From positions 46,786 through 110,785 of the forward strand of contig MPNG01000002.1 in the NCBI GenBank assembly GCA_002238905.1: a stretch of 64,000 bases of DNA, written 5' to 3'. Below are positions 52,931 to 63,447 of this stretch, piece after piece. The translations under genes were made by a program, and so were the position numbers. Position 1 is the first letter of the stretch. The number at the start of each line of letters is the position of its first letter. The DNA comes from Alphaproteobacteria bacterium bin98 (GTDB taxonomy: Bacteria > Pseudomonadota > Alphaproteobacteria > Bin98). The notes beneath the pieces were generated by a model. The model did no database searches. It saw only the letters and a list, made by a program, of their open reading frames with translations, and was not told the DNA's origin.

Positions 52931-53742
52931 GGCAGTGTACGCGTATTCTTTGTGAGGTAAAATTGTATAATGCCTGCGAAGAATGCGCATATGAGACAGT
53001 ATAGCTGTCCCAAAGAAAGAAATCCCACCATACCATCAGGTGTGCGGAAATATTCCGCGCAGAAGCGCCCAGCACTGTATCCGTATATAAACAGGAAGGT
53101 AGCTTTCCAAGGGTTGCTAAGGCTTGGCTTGCGTAGATGGAAAAGATAAATGATAATCCATACAATAGGCCCTTCCAGGACGGCTTCATAAAGTTGTGAC
53201 GGATGCCTGAGGATTGCATCTGTATTTGTGAAGACAACGCCCCACCCTTGATGAGTGGGTACACCAATTAACTCCCCATTTAGATAATTGGTGACTCGAC
53301 CTAAACACAACCCTAGCGGTGCCGCTGTTGCAACAGCATTGCATAAAGTGCTGAATTTAATAGGAGGAAAGCGCTTTGAGACCCAGTACATAGCAAAAAT
53401 TGTGCCAATAAGCCCGCCATGAAAAGACATTCCTCCTTCCCAGATTTTGATTATATCCAAGGGATGCGCACAATAAAACAGAGGATCAAAAAAGAGTACA
53501 TGGCCTAAGCGTCCACCCAAAATGATGCCGGTACAAAGATAGCTGAAAAAAGGATCAAGAAAGAGCTTTTTTTTCATCTCTGGATGCACCCGCTGTGTGA
53601 GTGCTTTGGTATACAAGGTTGCGACATAGATACTACACAAATAAGACAGTGCGTACCAGTGAATGGCAAAAGAACCCAAGGTAAATGCAATGGGTGAAGG
53701 CTCGTGTATGATAATCATAAGGCATTTTAGCACGTGATCCAT
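52927..53742 (-). CDS. lgt: prolipoprotein diacylglyceryl transferase
   Basis: 271 aa. HWYALSYL, GGRLGHVLFF, WEGGMSFHGGLIG and RHPSQLYEA motifs. Confidence 0.88.
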   Translation of the reverse strand: MDHVLKCLMIIIHEPSPIAFTLGSFAIHWYALSYLCSIYVATLYTKALTQRVHPEMKKKLFLDPFFSYLCTGIILGGRLGHVLFFDPLFYCAHPLDIIKIWEGGMSFHGGLIGTIFAMYWVSKRFPPIKFSTLCNAVATAAPLGLCLGRVTNYLNGELIGVPTHQGWGVVFTNTDAILRHPSQLYEAVLEGPIVWIIIYLFHLRKPSLSNPWKATFLFIYGYSAGRFCAEYFRTPDGMVGFLSLGQLYCLICAFFAGIIQFYLTKNTRTLP

Positions 53743-53766
53743 GGCATCGTGTTATAATAAAACGTT

Positions 53767-54747
53767 ATGATTAGTTTGGGTGATGCACAATACAAAAGTC
53801 GCGTTTTTTTAGCACCTCTATCTGGTATTACAGATTTACCATATAGGCGTGTTGTCTCACGTTTAACGGATTGTCCGGTAATCTCTGAGATGGTTGCTTC
53901 GCAGGCTATGATTCGTCAAACGCAGCAGTCTTTAAGAAAAATTAAAGTTTTAGAGGAACATATAAATTCCTCTGCGGTTCAACTTGCTGGAAACGAGCCT
54001 GGGGTGATGGCGGAAGCCGCGCGGCTTGTGCAAGATATGGGTGCCCGTGTTATTGATATTAATATGGGATGCCCGCAGCGCAAGGTTGTGAACGGATATG
54101 CTGGATCTTACCTTATGAAAGATGAAAGACTTGCATGTTCTATCTTGGAAAGCGTTGTAAACGCTGTCAATGTTCCTGTTACACTGAAAACACGTCTGGG
54201 ATGGGATGAAGGATGCCTGAATGCGCCAAACTTGGCAAAGCGTGCTGAAAATATTGGTATTAAAATGTTGTGCATTCATGGCCGTACACGTTGCCAAATG
54301 TTTAGAGGGCAAGCGGATTGGCGACAAGTGCGTCATGTTAAAGAATCTGTTTCTATTCCGGTCTTAGTCAACGGCGATATCAAAAGCATTCAAGATGTGG
54401 ACGACTCCCTTGAGCAATCGGGAGCTGATGGCGTAATGATTGGGCGTGGAGCTAACGGGAAGCCTTGGTTTTTACAGCAAGCCCACCAACATTTATTGGG
54501 GCAAGAGCTCACACCTAACCCTTCTGTGCCTGTGTTGCGGGAAATAGTGTTAGAGCACTACGAAGATATGTTATCTTTTTATGGGGAGCGTATTGCCGTG
54601 CCAATGGCACGCAAACATCTTGCTTGGTATACAAAATCATTGCCCGGATCTTCTGTTTTCAGAGAAGCCGTGAATGGAGAGCGCTCTTCGCAAAAAGTTT
54701 TGCAGATTTTGAAAGATTTTTTCAAAGTTGCAATTGATATAGGGTAG
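53767..54747 (+). CDS. dusB: tRNA-dihydrouridine synthase B (NifR3)
   Basis: 326 aa. LAPLSGITDLPYRR, IDINMGCP, LCIHGRTR. Lies directly upstream of ntrY-ntrX, as in alphaproteobacteria. Confidence 0.88.
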   Translation: MISLGDAQYKSRVFLAPLSGITDLPYRRVVSRLTDCPVISEMVASQAMIRQTQQSLRKIKVLEEHINSSAVQLAGNEPGVMAEAARLVQDMGARVIDINMGCPQRKVVNGYAGSYLMKDERLACSILESVVNAVNVPVTLKTRLGWDEGCLNAPNLAKRAENIGIKMLCIHGRTRCQMFRGQADWRQVRHVKESVSIPVLVNGDIKSIQDVDDSLEQSGADGVMIGRGANGKPWFLQQAHQHLLGQELTPNPSVPVLREIVLEHYEDMLSFYGERIAVPMARKHLAWYTKSLPGSSVFREAVNGERSSQKVLQILKDFFKVAIDIG

Positions 54748-54750
54748 ACC

Positions 54751-56883
54751 GTGAACGTAAGGCATGTTTTTTTTACGCGGCGCGCAATGGCGCTTTTGTG
54801 TGGGACACTGACACTCCTTATTTTAACATTTCTTTGTCTTGGTGGTTTCTTCTCTTTTGGGTTAAGCCCAATTTATTTTTACGTTTTGGTATGTTTGGAT
54901 GGTATTGCACTTTGCTACATTAGCTATTTAATTGTGAGCAGGTTGGCGGCGTTAGATCGTAAGCAAAAGAAATTCCAGGGCATTCTTTTACAGCGGCGCA
55001 TTAGTTTCTTGTTTGCGCTTCTTTCTGTTATTCCAACAAGCTTGGTGATGATTTTATCCGTTGTGTTTTTTAGCTATGGCATGCAAGACTGGTTTAATAT
55101 CAAAGTGCAAACGGCTGTTAACGAATCGTTGGTAGTGGCGCGCTCCTATCTTGAAGAGCATAAATCACTCGTGGGACGTGATGCGCGTTTGATGGCTCAA
55201 GATTTAAGCAATAACTGGTACAAGATTAAAGAAGCAAAGGATCGCAAAACGTTTATGGAGGAATACCTCCACAGCATTGGTTACATTCGTTCTCTTACGG
55301 AAGCCATCATTTTTAACGAGAAGCGTGATGTTTTAGGAAAAGGTTTATTAACGTTTGCTTTAGAGTTTGAGCCGGTTCCTTTAAATGCGTTAGAAAGCGC
55401 AAAGAATGGGGAGGTGGTGATTCTTACAAGCCCACATCACGACCGAGTGAGAGCATTATTGCGTGTGAATTTAGGTGGAGAAGATCTTTTCTTGTTTGTG
55501 GGAAGGTCTATTGATAAGCGTGTGCTTGTTCACTTAGAAAACACTGAGAAATCAGTGGGAGCCTATAATGATTTAGAGAGACAACATACAGGATTTCAGC
55601 TTATTTTTATTACCCTATTTTTGCTCGGATCTATTGTTTTGGTTCTGATTTCTGTATGGATGGGTATGAATTATGCAGATCAATTGACGCGTCCGGTTCG
55701 TGCATTAATGCGCTCTGCAGCGCGTGTGGCTTCAGGGAGTTTAAGTGAGCGTGTTCCTTTGCCCACTGAAGAAAGCGAATTGTCACTTTTAAGTCGTTCT
55801 TTTAATAGTATGCTAGCGACGATTCAAAAACAACAAAAAGACCTGATGCGTGCCCAACAAACATTGGCTGCCCATAACGAATTTATTAGCACAACACTAC
55901 AAGGTGTGAGTTCGGGCGTTCTGCGCGTGGATGCGCACAATAAAGTGACTTACTATAATACACGAGCGCATAATATGTGTATGATGGCAGGTATAAAATT
56001 ACGCAGTAAGCACAAGCTAAATCTTTTAATGCCTGTCCTCACAACACTATTACGTGCTGAAAATTTTGAACCTTCTTCCAGTGTGTCTACAGAAATTATG
56101 TTAGGGAGGCGTGTGCTGCGTGTGCGTATTGTGGCCGAGAAAAAATCCTATTCTATTAAGGGTTATATTATCACTTTAGATGATATGACCGACCTTCTTT
56201 CAGCACAGAAGCAGTCTGCGTGGGCTGATGTAGCGCGTCGTATTGCGCATGAGGTTAAAAATCCTCTCACTCCTATACAACTTTGCGTGGAGCGTTTAAG
56301 AAATAAATACGATAGTTTGGAAAAACATGTCATAGAAAAGTATGTTGATACAATTCAAAAACAAGTCACAGTCATTGAGCGTCTAATTTCAGACTTTGCT
56401 TCATTTGCCCGTTGGCCAGCTCCTAACAAACGTCAAACAGATATTTTGCTTATTATGCGCCAAAATATTGTTGCTATTGGCAGCATGTTTAATAAAGTGA
56501 GGTTTAATGTTCATGTTCCTGATCAGAAAAGGGTGATGTTTTTTGCAGACAGTGAGCAGATATCTCAGCTTTTTTCTAACGTTTTGAAAAATGCCTGCCA
56601 AGCTATGATGGAAGGTGGTAAAGAAGAAGGTGAGATTAATATTGTCTTTGATGTTGTTTATGTGGAAGGGCGCATTGTGATTCATGTGGATGATTCAGGT
56701 CCCGGATTCCCTGCAAACATCATTGAAGGCCTTATGTCCCCTTATGTGACAACACGTCGCGATGGCACCGGTTTAGGTTTGGCTATATGCCGAAAGATTG
56801 TGGAAGATCATGGAGGTAATATACAGCTGCAAAACCATGAAAAAGGCGGTCGTGTTGTTATTAACTTTCTCGCAGAGATTTAA
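54751..56883 (+). CDS. ntrY: sensor histidine kinase NtrY
   Basis: 710 aa. N-terminal TM segments, HAMP and PAS regions, H-box IAHEVKNPLTPIQL, and N/G boxes (NVLKNACQAM, DSGPGF, GTGLGLAI). Confidence 0.8.
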   Translation: MNVRHVFFTRRAMALLCGTLTLLILTFLCLGGFFSFGLSPIYFYVLVCLDGIALCYISYLIVSRLAALDRKQKKFQGILLQRRISFLFALLSVIPTSLVMILSVVFFSYGMQDWFNIKVQTAVNESLVVARSYLEEHKSLVGRDARLMAQDLSNNWYKIKEAKDRKTFMEEYLHSIGYIRSLTEAIIFNEKRDVLGKGLLTFALEFEPVPLNALESAKNGEVVILTSPHHDRVRALLRVNLGGEDLFLFVGRSIDKRVLVHLENTEKSVGAYNDLERQHTGFQLIFITLFLLGSIVLVLISVWMGMNYADQLTRPVRALMRSAARVASGSLSERVPLPTEESELSLLSRSFNSMLATIQKQQKDLMRAQQTLAAHNEFISTTLQGVSSGVLRVDAHNKVTYYNTRAHNMCMMAGIKLRSKHKLNLLMPVLTTLLRAENFEPSSSVSTEIMLGRRVLRVRIVAEKKSYSIKGYIITLDDMTDLLSAQKQSAWADVARRIAHEVKNPLTPIQLCVERLRNKYDSLEKHVIEKYVDTIQKQVTVIERLISDFASFARWPAPNKRQTDILLIMRQNIVAIGSMFNKVRFNVHVPDQKRVMFFADSEQISQLFSNVLKNACQAMMEGGKEEGEINIVFDVVYVEGRIVIHVDDSGPGFPANIIEGLMSPYVTTRRDGTGLGLAICRKIVEDHGGNIQLQNHEKGGRVVINFLAEI

Positions 56884-56918
56884 ACTTTCTAGCGCATCTA
56901 TAACCGTGCTATAATGAC

Positions 56919-58343
56919 TTGAATATGACAGCATCTATAACGCCAAAACCCTATATTCTGGTTATCGATGATCAGACAGAAATTTTAGAAATAGTAAGCC
57001 ATATCCTTAATGATGAAGGGTATGAGGTGTGTTGCATATCAGATAGCCGCAAGATAGTGGAGAAAGTACGCGTGCGGCAACCAGATATCGTGCTTTTAGA
57101 TGTGTGGTTGAATGATAGTCGTTTTGACGGTGTTGCAGTATTTGATATCATCAAACAGTATTACCCAGATTTGCCAGTGATCATGATTAGTGGGCATAGC
57201 AGTATTGAAACAGCTGTTAGCGCACTCAAGAGAGGCGTGTTTGACTTTCTTGCGAAGCCATTTTCTACAGAACAGCTTGTGAATGTGGTGCAGCGCGCCA
57301 TGGATGTTAGGCGCCTAAAGCGTGATTACTCTCTTCTCCAAGAATCTTCTCGAGAATCTTTTAGTCTTGAAAAAATTTCTCCAGTTTGGGAAGGAATATA
57401 CAAGAATTTACAAAGAGTTTCTGAAGGGCGTAGCCGCATATTTTTAAGTGGTGAAATTGGTGTTGGAAAGAATTATGCAGCGCGTTATATCCATGCTCAA
57501 TCGCCCTTTCAGTCAGGACCGTTTATTGTTTTTGATGCTGACATAGAAGGAGAAACTCAAGAAGAGATTTTAGAAGCGCTTCTTGGTCGTGAAGAAATCA
57601 CTCAAGCTGATCGTGCTGAAGTACGCATTGGTGCAATAGAGCGCGCAGCACGCGGTACACTGCACCTCAAAAACATTCACCTTCTTAACAAAGAAGTACA
57701 GCGGACTTTACTTGTTATCTTAGAGACTAATACTTTTATGAGGCGAGGTGGCAAGGAGGAAATTCCTTTGGAGGCGCGATTTATCTCTTCATCTCACGTA
57801 GATATTAAAAAAGAGGTGGAGCGTGATGCTTTTTCATCAGATCTTTACTATCGTTTGAACGTTGTGGAAATCAAAATACCGCCTCTAAAGACTTTTGGCA
57901 ATGGAATTGTTGCTATGGTTTCATTCTTTATCTGCTGGCATGTGCGCAAAAATATTACGGTTGAATTTGACCGATCTGCGAAGTTTAGCCTAGAGAGCTA
58001 TGCTTGGCCTGGTAATTTGCGTGAAGCGTCTAATGTGGCTGAGTGGCTATCGCTTACTGTTCCTCTTCAAAGTTCATGTATGTTAATTAATAATGATATT
58101 TTAGCGCTGCGCTTGGGCTCTTCAAACCACACAGAGGTTGTTGCAGCGCCAGGGTTAGAAACTTTTGATATTACGCACGCCTTAGCGCTTCCTATGCGCC
58201 AGGCTCGTGAGTACTTTGAACAGTATTACTTGGAGTTTCACCTAAAAAGGCATAACAGAAACTTTTCTCGTACAGCGGAAGTTGTTGGTATGGAGCGTAC
58301 AGCTTTGCACCGTAAGATGCGTCAATTGCACAACTCAAATTAA
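56919..58343 (+). CDS. ntrX: response regulator NtrX (receiver, degenerate AAA+ domain, C-terminal HTH)
   Basis: 474 aa. Receiver domain (ILVIDDQ ... DVWL). Walker A GEIGVGKN. No GAFTGA loop. C-terminal HTH (FSRTAEVVGMERTALHRKM). Confidence 0.8.
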   Translation: MNMTASITPKPYILVIDDQTEILEIVSHILNDEGYEVCCISDSRKIVEKVRVRQPDIVLLDVWLNDSRFDGVAVFDIIKQYYPDLPVIMISGHSSIETAVSALKRGVFDFLAKPFSTEQLVNVVQRAMDVRRLKRDYSLLQESSRESFSLEKISPVWEGIYKNLQRVSEGRSRIFLSGEIGVGKNYAARYIHAQSPFQSGPFIVFDADIEGETQEEILEALLGREEITQADRAEVRIGAIERAARGTLHLKNIHLLNKEVQRTLLVILETNTFMRRGGKEEIPLEARFISSSHVDIKKEVERDAFSSDLYYRLNVVEIKIPPLKTFGNGIVAMVSFFICWHVRKNITVEFDRSAKFSLESYAWPGNLREASNVAEWLSLTVPLQSSCMLINNDILALRLGSSNHTEVVAAPGLETFDITHALALPMRQAREYFEQYYLEFHLKRHNRNFSRTAEVVGMERTALHRKMRQLHNSN

Positions 58344-59170
58344 TACTGCGTTACTATCTGTGAATAAAGAGCTTGCAGCTTTTGCACAATAGGATTTTCT
58401 TCAAAAAATATGTCATTAATTTGGCGAATGGGCGCAATGTGCATGAGAGAGGAAGAGCCAAAAATTGCAGCTGCATCACTGATATCATTTTGATGAATGG
58501 GTCGTACTTCACAAGGAATGTTTTGGCTTTGTGCAATGCTGAGAATCATGGCGCGGGTACAACCAGGTAAGATGGAACCATTATTCGGTGTGGTGATGAT
58601 TGAGTTTTCCTTGGTAACTAGGAAAACATTATAGTGAGTGCCTTCAGTGATAAAATTATTTTTATCGCATAAAATAGCAAGATCACAGTTATTATTGTGC
58701 GCAGCATGTGCTGCTAAAGTGTTGGTGAGTAGCGATGTGCTTTTAATCCAAGGGCGTTGCCAGCGCTCATCGTAGATAAAGGTCGCTTTTTTAAAAGATG
58801 CGTGTTGAAAGATGTACGGAAAAGCTTGCACAATCATAGTGGGTTCACCGCTTGTGAGTAGACTGCGTACTTGTGTGACACCACGAGAGATGCACACAAA
58901 GAGATAACCTTCACCTGACATAGTGTTTTTCTGCATTAAGTGATGAGCAATGTTTTCAAAAGCGGTTAAATATTTTGGTTCTGGAATGCCCACGATATCC
59001 AGTGAGTTTTTCAGGCGGATGAGGTGGTCGTTAAGGCAAAGAAGGTGTTGGTGATAGCAGTATATGGTTTCGTAAACAGCATCACCAAAATGGACGGCGC
59101 GATCAAACGAAGAAATATGACTTTCATCAGAGTGAAAAAATCGCCCATTTATAAAAGCTATCTTTTGCAT
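58340..59170 (-). CDS. PLP fold-type IV aminotransferase (D-amino-acid / branched-chain / ADC-lyase family)
   Basis: 276 aa. FINGRF ... SSFDRAVHFGDAVYETI start, typical of class IV aminotransferases. Later ...EGTHYNVF... and GSILPGCTR motifs. Confidence 0.7.
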   Translation of the reverse strand: MQKIAFINGRFFHSDESHISSFDRAVHFGDAVYETIYCYHQHLLCLNDHLIRLKNSLDIVGIPEPKYLTAFENIAHHLMQKNTMSGEGYLFVCISRGVTQVRSLLTSGEPTMIVQAFPYIFQHASFKKATFIYDERWQRPWIKSTSLLTNTLAAHAAHNNNCDLAILCDKNNFITEGTHYNVFLVTKENSIITTPNNGSILPGCTRAMILSIAQSQNIPCEVRPIHQNDISDAAAIFGSSSLMHIAPIRQINDIFFEENPIVQKLQALYSQIVTQY

Positions 59171-59172
59171 GA

Positions 59173-61548
59173 TTAACTCGCATAGTTAGTAGAAGAGCTC
59201 TCGTGACGTGGAGGTATGTCTAAAATGGGTTGTGTTAATGCATGCATCAGCACTTCATCCATGTGTGATACAGGAATGATAGTAAGCTTCTTTTTGATAT
59301 TAGCAGGCATGTCGATCAGATCTTTTGTGTTTTGCGCTGGAATAATGACTCTGGACATGCCATAGCGTAGCGCTGCAAGCAGTTTGTCTTTCAAACCACC
59401 AATGGCTTGTACATTACCTTTTAACGTGACTTCTCCGGTCATCGCTAAATCTGCAAAAACAGGCGTTTGTGTAATTAAGGACACCAATGAGGTGGTAATA
59501 GTAATGCCTGCAGAAGGACCATCTTTGGGGATGGATCCATCAGGAATGTGAATGTGGAAGTCAAATTCACTAAAAAGGTATTTGTTGAGGCTATGTTTTT
59601 GTGCGTATCCTCGTGCAAGGCTCAGAGCGATTTTGGCAGACTCATTCATCACTTGCCCTAGGTGGCCGGTGAGAGTCATTTTTCCAGATCCTGTGTGCAT
59701 AGCGGATTCCACAAATAGTGTGCTTCCACCAACGCTGCTCCATGCTAAGCCGCATGCAGAGCCGGTGGGAAGTTCTTTTTGTTTTTTCTTGTCAGGTGTA
59801 AACTTTTCTACTCCAAGAAAGTCGCTAAGATTACTCGCATTCACAGCGCATTTCTTGGTTTTTCCACTGACAATGCGATGCAATGATTTGCGCGCAATGG
59901 TGGATAAGCACCTTGTGAGCTCACGGACGCCTGCTTCGCGTGTGTATCCGCTAACAATAGAGGGAAGAATCTTAGTATCAAGGGAAAATTCTTTTGTGGT
60001 TAAACCGTTTTCGTTCAGTACTTTTGGTAAAAGGTGTGAGTGAGCTATTTCTACTTTCTCTTCTTCTGTGTATCCTTCCAGGTTAATAATCTCCATACGG
60101 TCAAGAAGAGGGGGGGCGATGTCAAGCGAATTTGCTGTTGCGATAAAGAAAACGCGTGATAAATCGTAATCTAACTCGATATAGTGATCCGCAAATGTAC
60201 TGTTTTGCTCACTGTCTAGGACTTCTAGAAGCGCAGAAGAGGGATCACCTCTCCAATCGCGTCCAACTTTATCAATTTCATCGAGTAAGAAAACGGGGTT
60301 TAGCGCTTTGGCTTTACGCATGCTTTGTAATATCTTGCCTGGCATAGACCCTACATAGGTTTTTCTATGCCCTCTGATTTCGCCTTCATCGTGTACACCA
60401 CCCAATGCACAGCGTACAAAAGGTCTCTGTGTGGCTTCAGCTATAGATTTACACAAAGATGTTTTTCCAACACCCGGGGGTCCAACAAAGCATAAGATTT
60501 GACCTTTGGGCCTCTCTACTCTTTTATGCAACGCTAGGTATTCAAGAATGCGCATTTTAATTTTTGTAAGGCCGTGATGGCGTTTATCTAAAATTTTAGC
60601 GCTATTGTCTAAATCAATCTCAGCAGTGTCTTGCTGAGACCAAGGAAGAGACAAGACCCATTCAATGTATCCTCTAAGGACAGATGCTTCTGCGGTCATG
60701 GGGTTCATAGAGCGCAGTTTAGCAACCTCAGCCTCTATGCGCTCTAAAACATGTTTGGGAAGCTGCTTTTCTTTTGCTTGAGACAAGAACTTCTCAGCAT
60801 CATCATCTGGTCCCCCTGCGCCCATTTCTTTTTGGATAGCTTTAAGCTGTTCTTGTAAATAGTACTCACGTTGGCTTTTGTTGACATGCTGTTTTATGCG
60901 ATCTTTAATTTTTTCTTCTAGGGAGAGACGAGTTAATTCGTTTTGCAAAATCATCAAAAAAGATTCGTAACGCTCTTCTAGCTTTGTTTTTTCCAAAAAA
61001 TCTTGTGTAATGTGCAAATCAAACCCGCAATGTGAAATCACAGTGTCTAATAAAAGATGTGGATCTTCTAAATCATAAAGTGATTCCATAAGTTGACTTG
61101 GAAGTTTCTTTGACAAGCTATCAAAATGCTTTAACTCATCAAGTAAAACGCTTCTAAATGCTATGGAAGATTGGTCTGTAAAAGAGGCGTAATTATGTGT
61201 ACGAATTTTTGCTTGCAAAAAACCATCGACAGATTCTTCTAATTCTGTAATTTTGACACGCTTAATACCTTCCACAAGAATTTTAATCACGCCATCAGGC
61301 AGAGAGAGAGTTTGAATAATTTTAGCTGAAACACCTATATTATAAAGATCTCCTAACGATGAAGGCGAGGTCATTTGAGGGTCGCGTTGCAAAGCTAGAG
61401 CAATACGTTGTTGCTTCCCAGCATTGGAAAGTGCTTGTCTGGATGCATCGCGTCCTACGAAAAGGGTCGCTATCACACCAGGAAAAACCACAAGATCACG
61501 CAAGGGTATTAGTGGTAAGGTATTGTTTCTTTTTTGTGTCAGCGTCAT
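59173..61548 (-). CDS. lon: ATP-dependent Lon protease
   Basis: 791 aa. [15 protein letters not shown]-domain, Walker [17 protein letters not shown], and protease motif DGPSAGITI. Confidence 0.93.
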   Translation of the reverse strand: MTLTQKRNNTLPLIPLRDLVVFPGVIATLFVGRDASRQALSNAGKQQRIALALQRDPQMTSPSSLGDLYNIGVSAKIIQTLSLPDGVIKILVEGIKRVKITELEESVDGFLQAKIRTHNYASFTDQSSIAFRSVLLDELKHFDSLSKKLPSQLMESLYDLEDPHLLLDTVISHCGFDLHITQDFLEKTKLEERYESFLMILQNELTRLSLEEKIKDRIKQHVNKSQREYYLQEQLKAIQKEMGAGGPDDDAEKFLSQAKEKQLPKHVLERIEAEVAKLRSMNPMTAEASVLRGYIEWVLSLPWSQQDTAEIDLDNSAKILDKRHHGLTKIKMRILEYLALHKRVERPKGQILCFVGPPGVGKTSLCKSIAEATQRPFVRCALGGVHDEGEIRGHRKTYVGSMPGKILQSMRKAKALNPVFLLDEIDKVGRDWRGDPSSALLEVLDSEQNSTFADHYIELDYDLSRVFFIATANSLDIAPPLLDRMEIINLEGYTEEEKVEIAHSHLLPKVLNENGLTTKEFSLDTKILPSIVSGYTREAGVRELTRCLSTIARKSLHRIVSGKTKKCAVNASNLSDFLGVEKFTPDKKKQKELPTGSACGLAWSSVGGSTLFVESAMHTGSGKMTLTGHLGQVMNESAKIALSLARGYAQKHSLNKYLFSEFDFHIHIPDGSIPKDGPSAGITITTSLVSLITQTPVFADLAMTGEVTLKGNVQAIGGLKDKLLAALRYGMSRVIIPAQNTKDLIDMPANIKKKLTIIPVSHMDEVLMHALTQPILDIPPRHESSSTNYAS

Positions 61549-62771
61549 GCGGTACCCTTAATTTTTTTTGCAGTCTTTTTTTTATTCATTACTGCAGGCT
61601 CTTCTCCAGAGGCGGTTTTTGCTGTGATTGTAATGGATTCTATATTAGTTTTGCTGGGTACTTCAAACATAGCATCAAGGAGAATTTTGTCCATGATATT
61701 GCGTAATCCACGTGCTCCGGTTTTTTGTTTCAGCGCTTCTTCTGCAAAAATATCAAGGGATTCAGGTGTAAAGTCAATTTTGACGTTGTTGAGAGAAAAA
61801 AGCACTTTGTATTGATTGATTAAACAATTTTTTGGTTTTGTTAAAATATCAATTAAGGCTTCTTTGGAAAGTGATTCGAGTGTGACCACAAAAGGCACTC
61901 GCCCCATGAACTCAGGTATAAAGCCAAACTTCACAAAATCTTCTGTGCGCAAATTTTTCGAAACAGCGGTGTAGTCCATGGTTGCTTGCTTATCCCGCAC
62001 TGGTGCAAGAAAGCCCATGGATGATTTTTCCATACGTTGCGTAATAATGCGCTCGAGTCCGTCAAAGGCTCCACCACAGATAAATAATATGTTTGTGGTG
62101 TCTACCGAAATGGTTTCTTGTTGTGGGTGTTTGCGCCCACCTTGTACGGGAACATTGATGACTGATCCTTCTAGCATTTTCAGCAACGCCTGCTGAACAC
62201 CTTCTCCAGAGACATCGCGTGTGATGGAAGGACCATCAGATTTTCGCGTAATTTTGTCAATTTCGTCGATGTAAATAATACCTTTTTCTGCAGCCGCTAC
62301 ATCAAAAGATGTGCTTTGCAGTAAGCGTGTCAAAATAGTTTCTACGTCATCACCCACATAGCCTGATTCGGTGAGGCTGGTTGCATCTACAATTGCAAAG
62401 GGTACGTCTAACATACGCGCTAATGTTTTCGCTAAAAGCGTTTTTCCTGATCCTGTAGATCCCACCATCAGAACATTCGATTTTTCAATTTCTTTTTCTG
62501 GGTGTTGTAGGCGCTTGTAATGGTTATGTACTGCAACAGATAGTACTCTTTTTGCACGCTCTTGCCCAATGACATAATTGCTGAGATGATCATAAATACT
62601 TTGTGGAGATGGTGGCTCAATCACTGCATTTGGTGAAGAAGATTTTCCAAGTACGGTGCTACACAAGCGTACGCATGCGTCGCAAATGTATCCTTGCTTC
62701 CCTGAAATCAGATTTTGGACTTCAGAGCGTTTTTTACCACAAAAAGAGCAGGTTAATGTTTTTGTTGTCAT
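61545..62771 (-). CDS. clpX: ATP-dependent Clp protease ATP-binding subunit ClpX
   Basis: 408 aa. Zinc-binding CSFCGK ... CDAC, Walker [12 protein letters not shown], and IIYIDEIDK. Confidence 0.95.
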   Translation of the reverse strand: MTTKTLTCSFCGKKRSEVQNLISGKQGYICDACVRLCSTVLGKSSSPNAVIEPPSPQSIYDHLSNYVIGQERAKRVLSVAVHNHYKRLQHPEKEIEKSNVLMVGSTGSGKTLLAKTLARMLDVPFAIVDATSLTESGYVGDDVETILTRLLQSTSFDVAAAEKGIIYIDEIDKITRKSDGPSITRDVSGEGVQQALLKMLEGSVINVPVQGGRKHPQQETISVDTTNILFICGGAFDGLERIITQRMEKSSMGFLAPVRDKQATMDYTAVSKNLRTEDFVKFGFIPEFMGRVPFVVTLESLSKEALIDILTKPKNCLINQYKVLFSLNNVKIDFTPESLDIFAEEALKQKTGARGLRNIMDKILLDAMFEVPSKTNIESITITAKTASGEEPAVMNKKKTAKKIKGTA

Positions 62772-63373
62772 GAGCGTTTTTCCACTATTTTATCAATCAT
62801 ACCAAAATCTAAAGCTTCTTGTGGCGTAAAGAAATTATCGCGCTCTAAAGCATGTGCGATTTCTTTGATAGGTTTTTTTGTTGTGCGTGCGTAGATATCA
62901 TATAAAGTTTGTCTAACGTCTAAGAGAGCTTTAGTATGAATGTCGATGTCTGTGACCTGTCCGCCGATGCCGTGAGCAAGTGGTTGATGCACCATGATGC
63001 GCGCGTGAGGAAGGCACGTGCGTTTTCCCGGCGTTCCGCAACTCAGAAGAAGCGATCCTGCAGAGGCAGCTTGTCCTAAACAAAGTGTCGTAATGTCGCA
63101 CGATATGTAAGCCATAGTATCCATGATAGCAAGCGCTGATGTCACGGATCCACCTGGCGAATTTATGTATAAGTAAATATCTTTTTTTGCACCTTCAGAC
63201 TCTAGAAAAAGAAGTTGTGCACATAAAGAGGATGCGACAGCGTCATCAATAGGACCTGTCAAAAAAATCACACGCTCTTTAAGTAGACGTGAGTAGATAT
63301 CAAACATGCGCTCCCCGCGAGGGGTGCTTTCTACTACGTACGGAATCAAATTATTGAAAACTCTATTGGACAT
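62768..63373 (-). CDS. clpP: ATP-dependent Clp protease proteolytic subunit ClpP
   Basis: 201 aa. [23 protein letters not shown] (active-site Ser) and MVHQP (His). Confidence 0.95.
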   Translation of the reverse strand: MSNRVFNNLIPYVVESTPRGERMFDIYSRLLKERVIFLTGPIDDAVASSLCAQLLFLESEGAKKDIYLYINSPGGSVTSALAIMDTMAYISCDITTLCLGQAASAGSLLLSCGTPGKRTCLPHARIMVHQPLAHGIGGQVTDIDIHTKALLDVRQTLYDIYARTTKKPIKEIAHALERDNFFTPQEALDFGMIDKIVEKRS

Positions 63374-63447
63374 TTAACAACCTTATAACCTTTCATACTA
63401 TTATAACACATGGGGCAATTTTGGCTACGAGCCGGATGGTAAGTTGC

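Noticed and set aside
52923-53267. 114-aa minus-strand ORF overlapping the 3' half of lgt in another frame
   Set aside because: The lgt frame carries the canonical Lgt motifs across this region. The alternative frame has no features.
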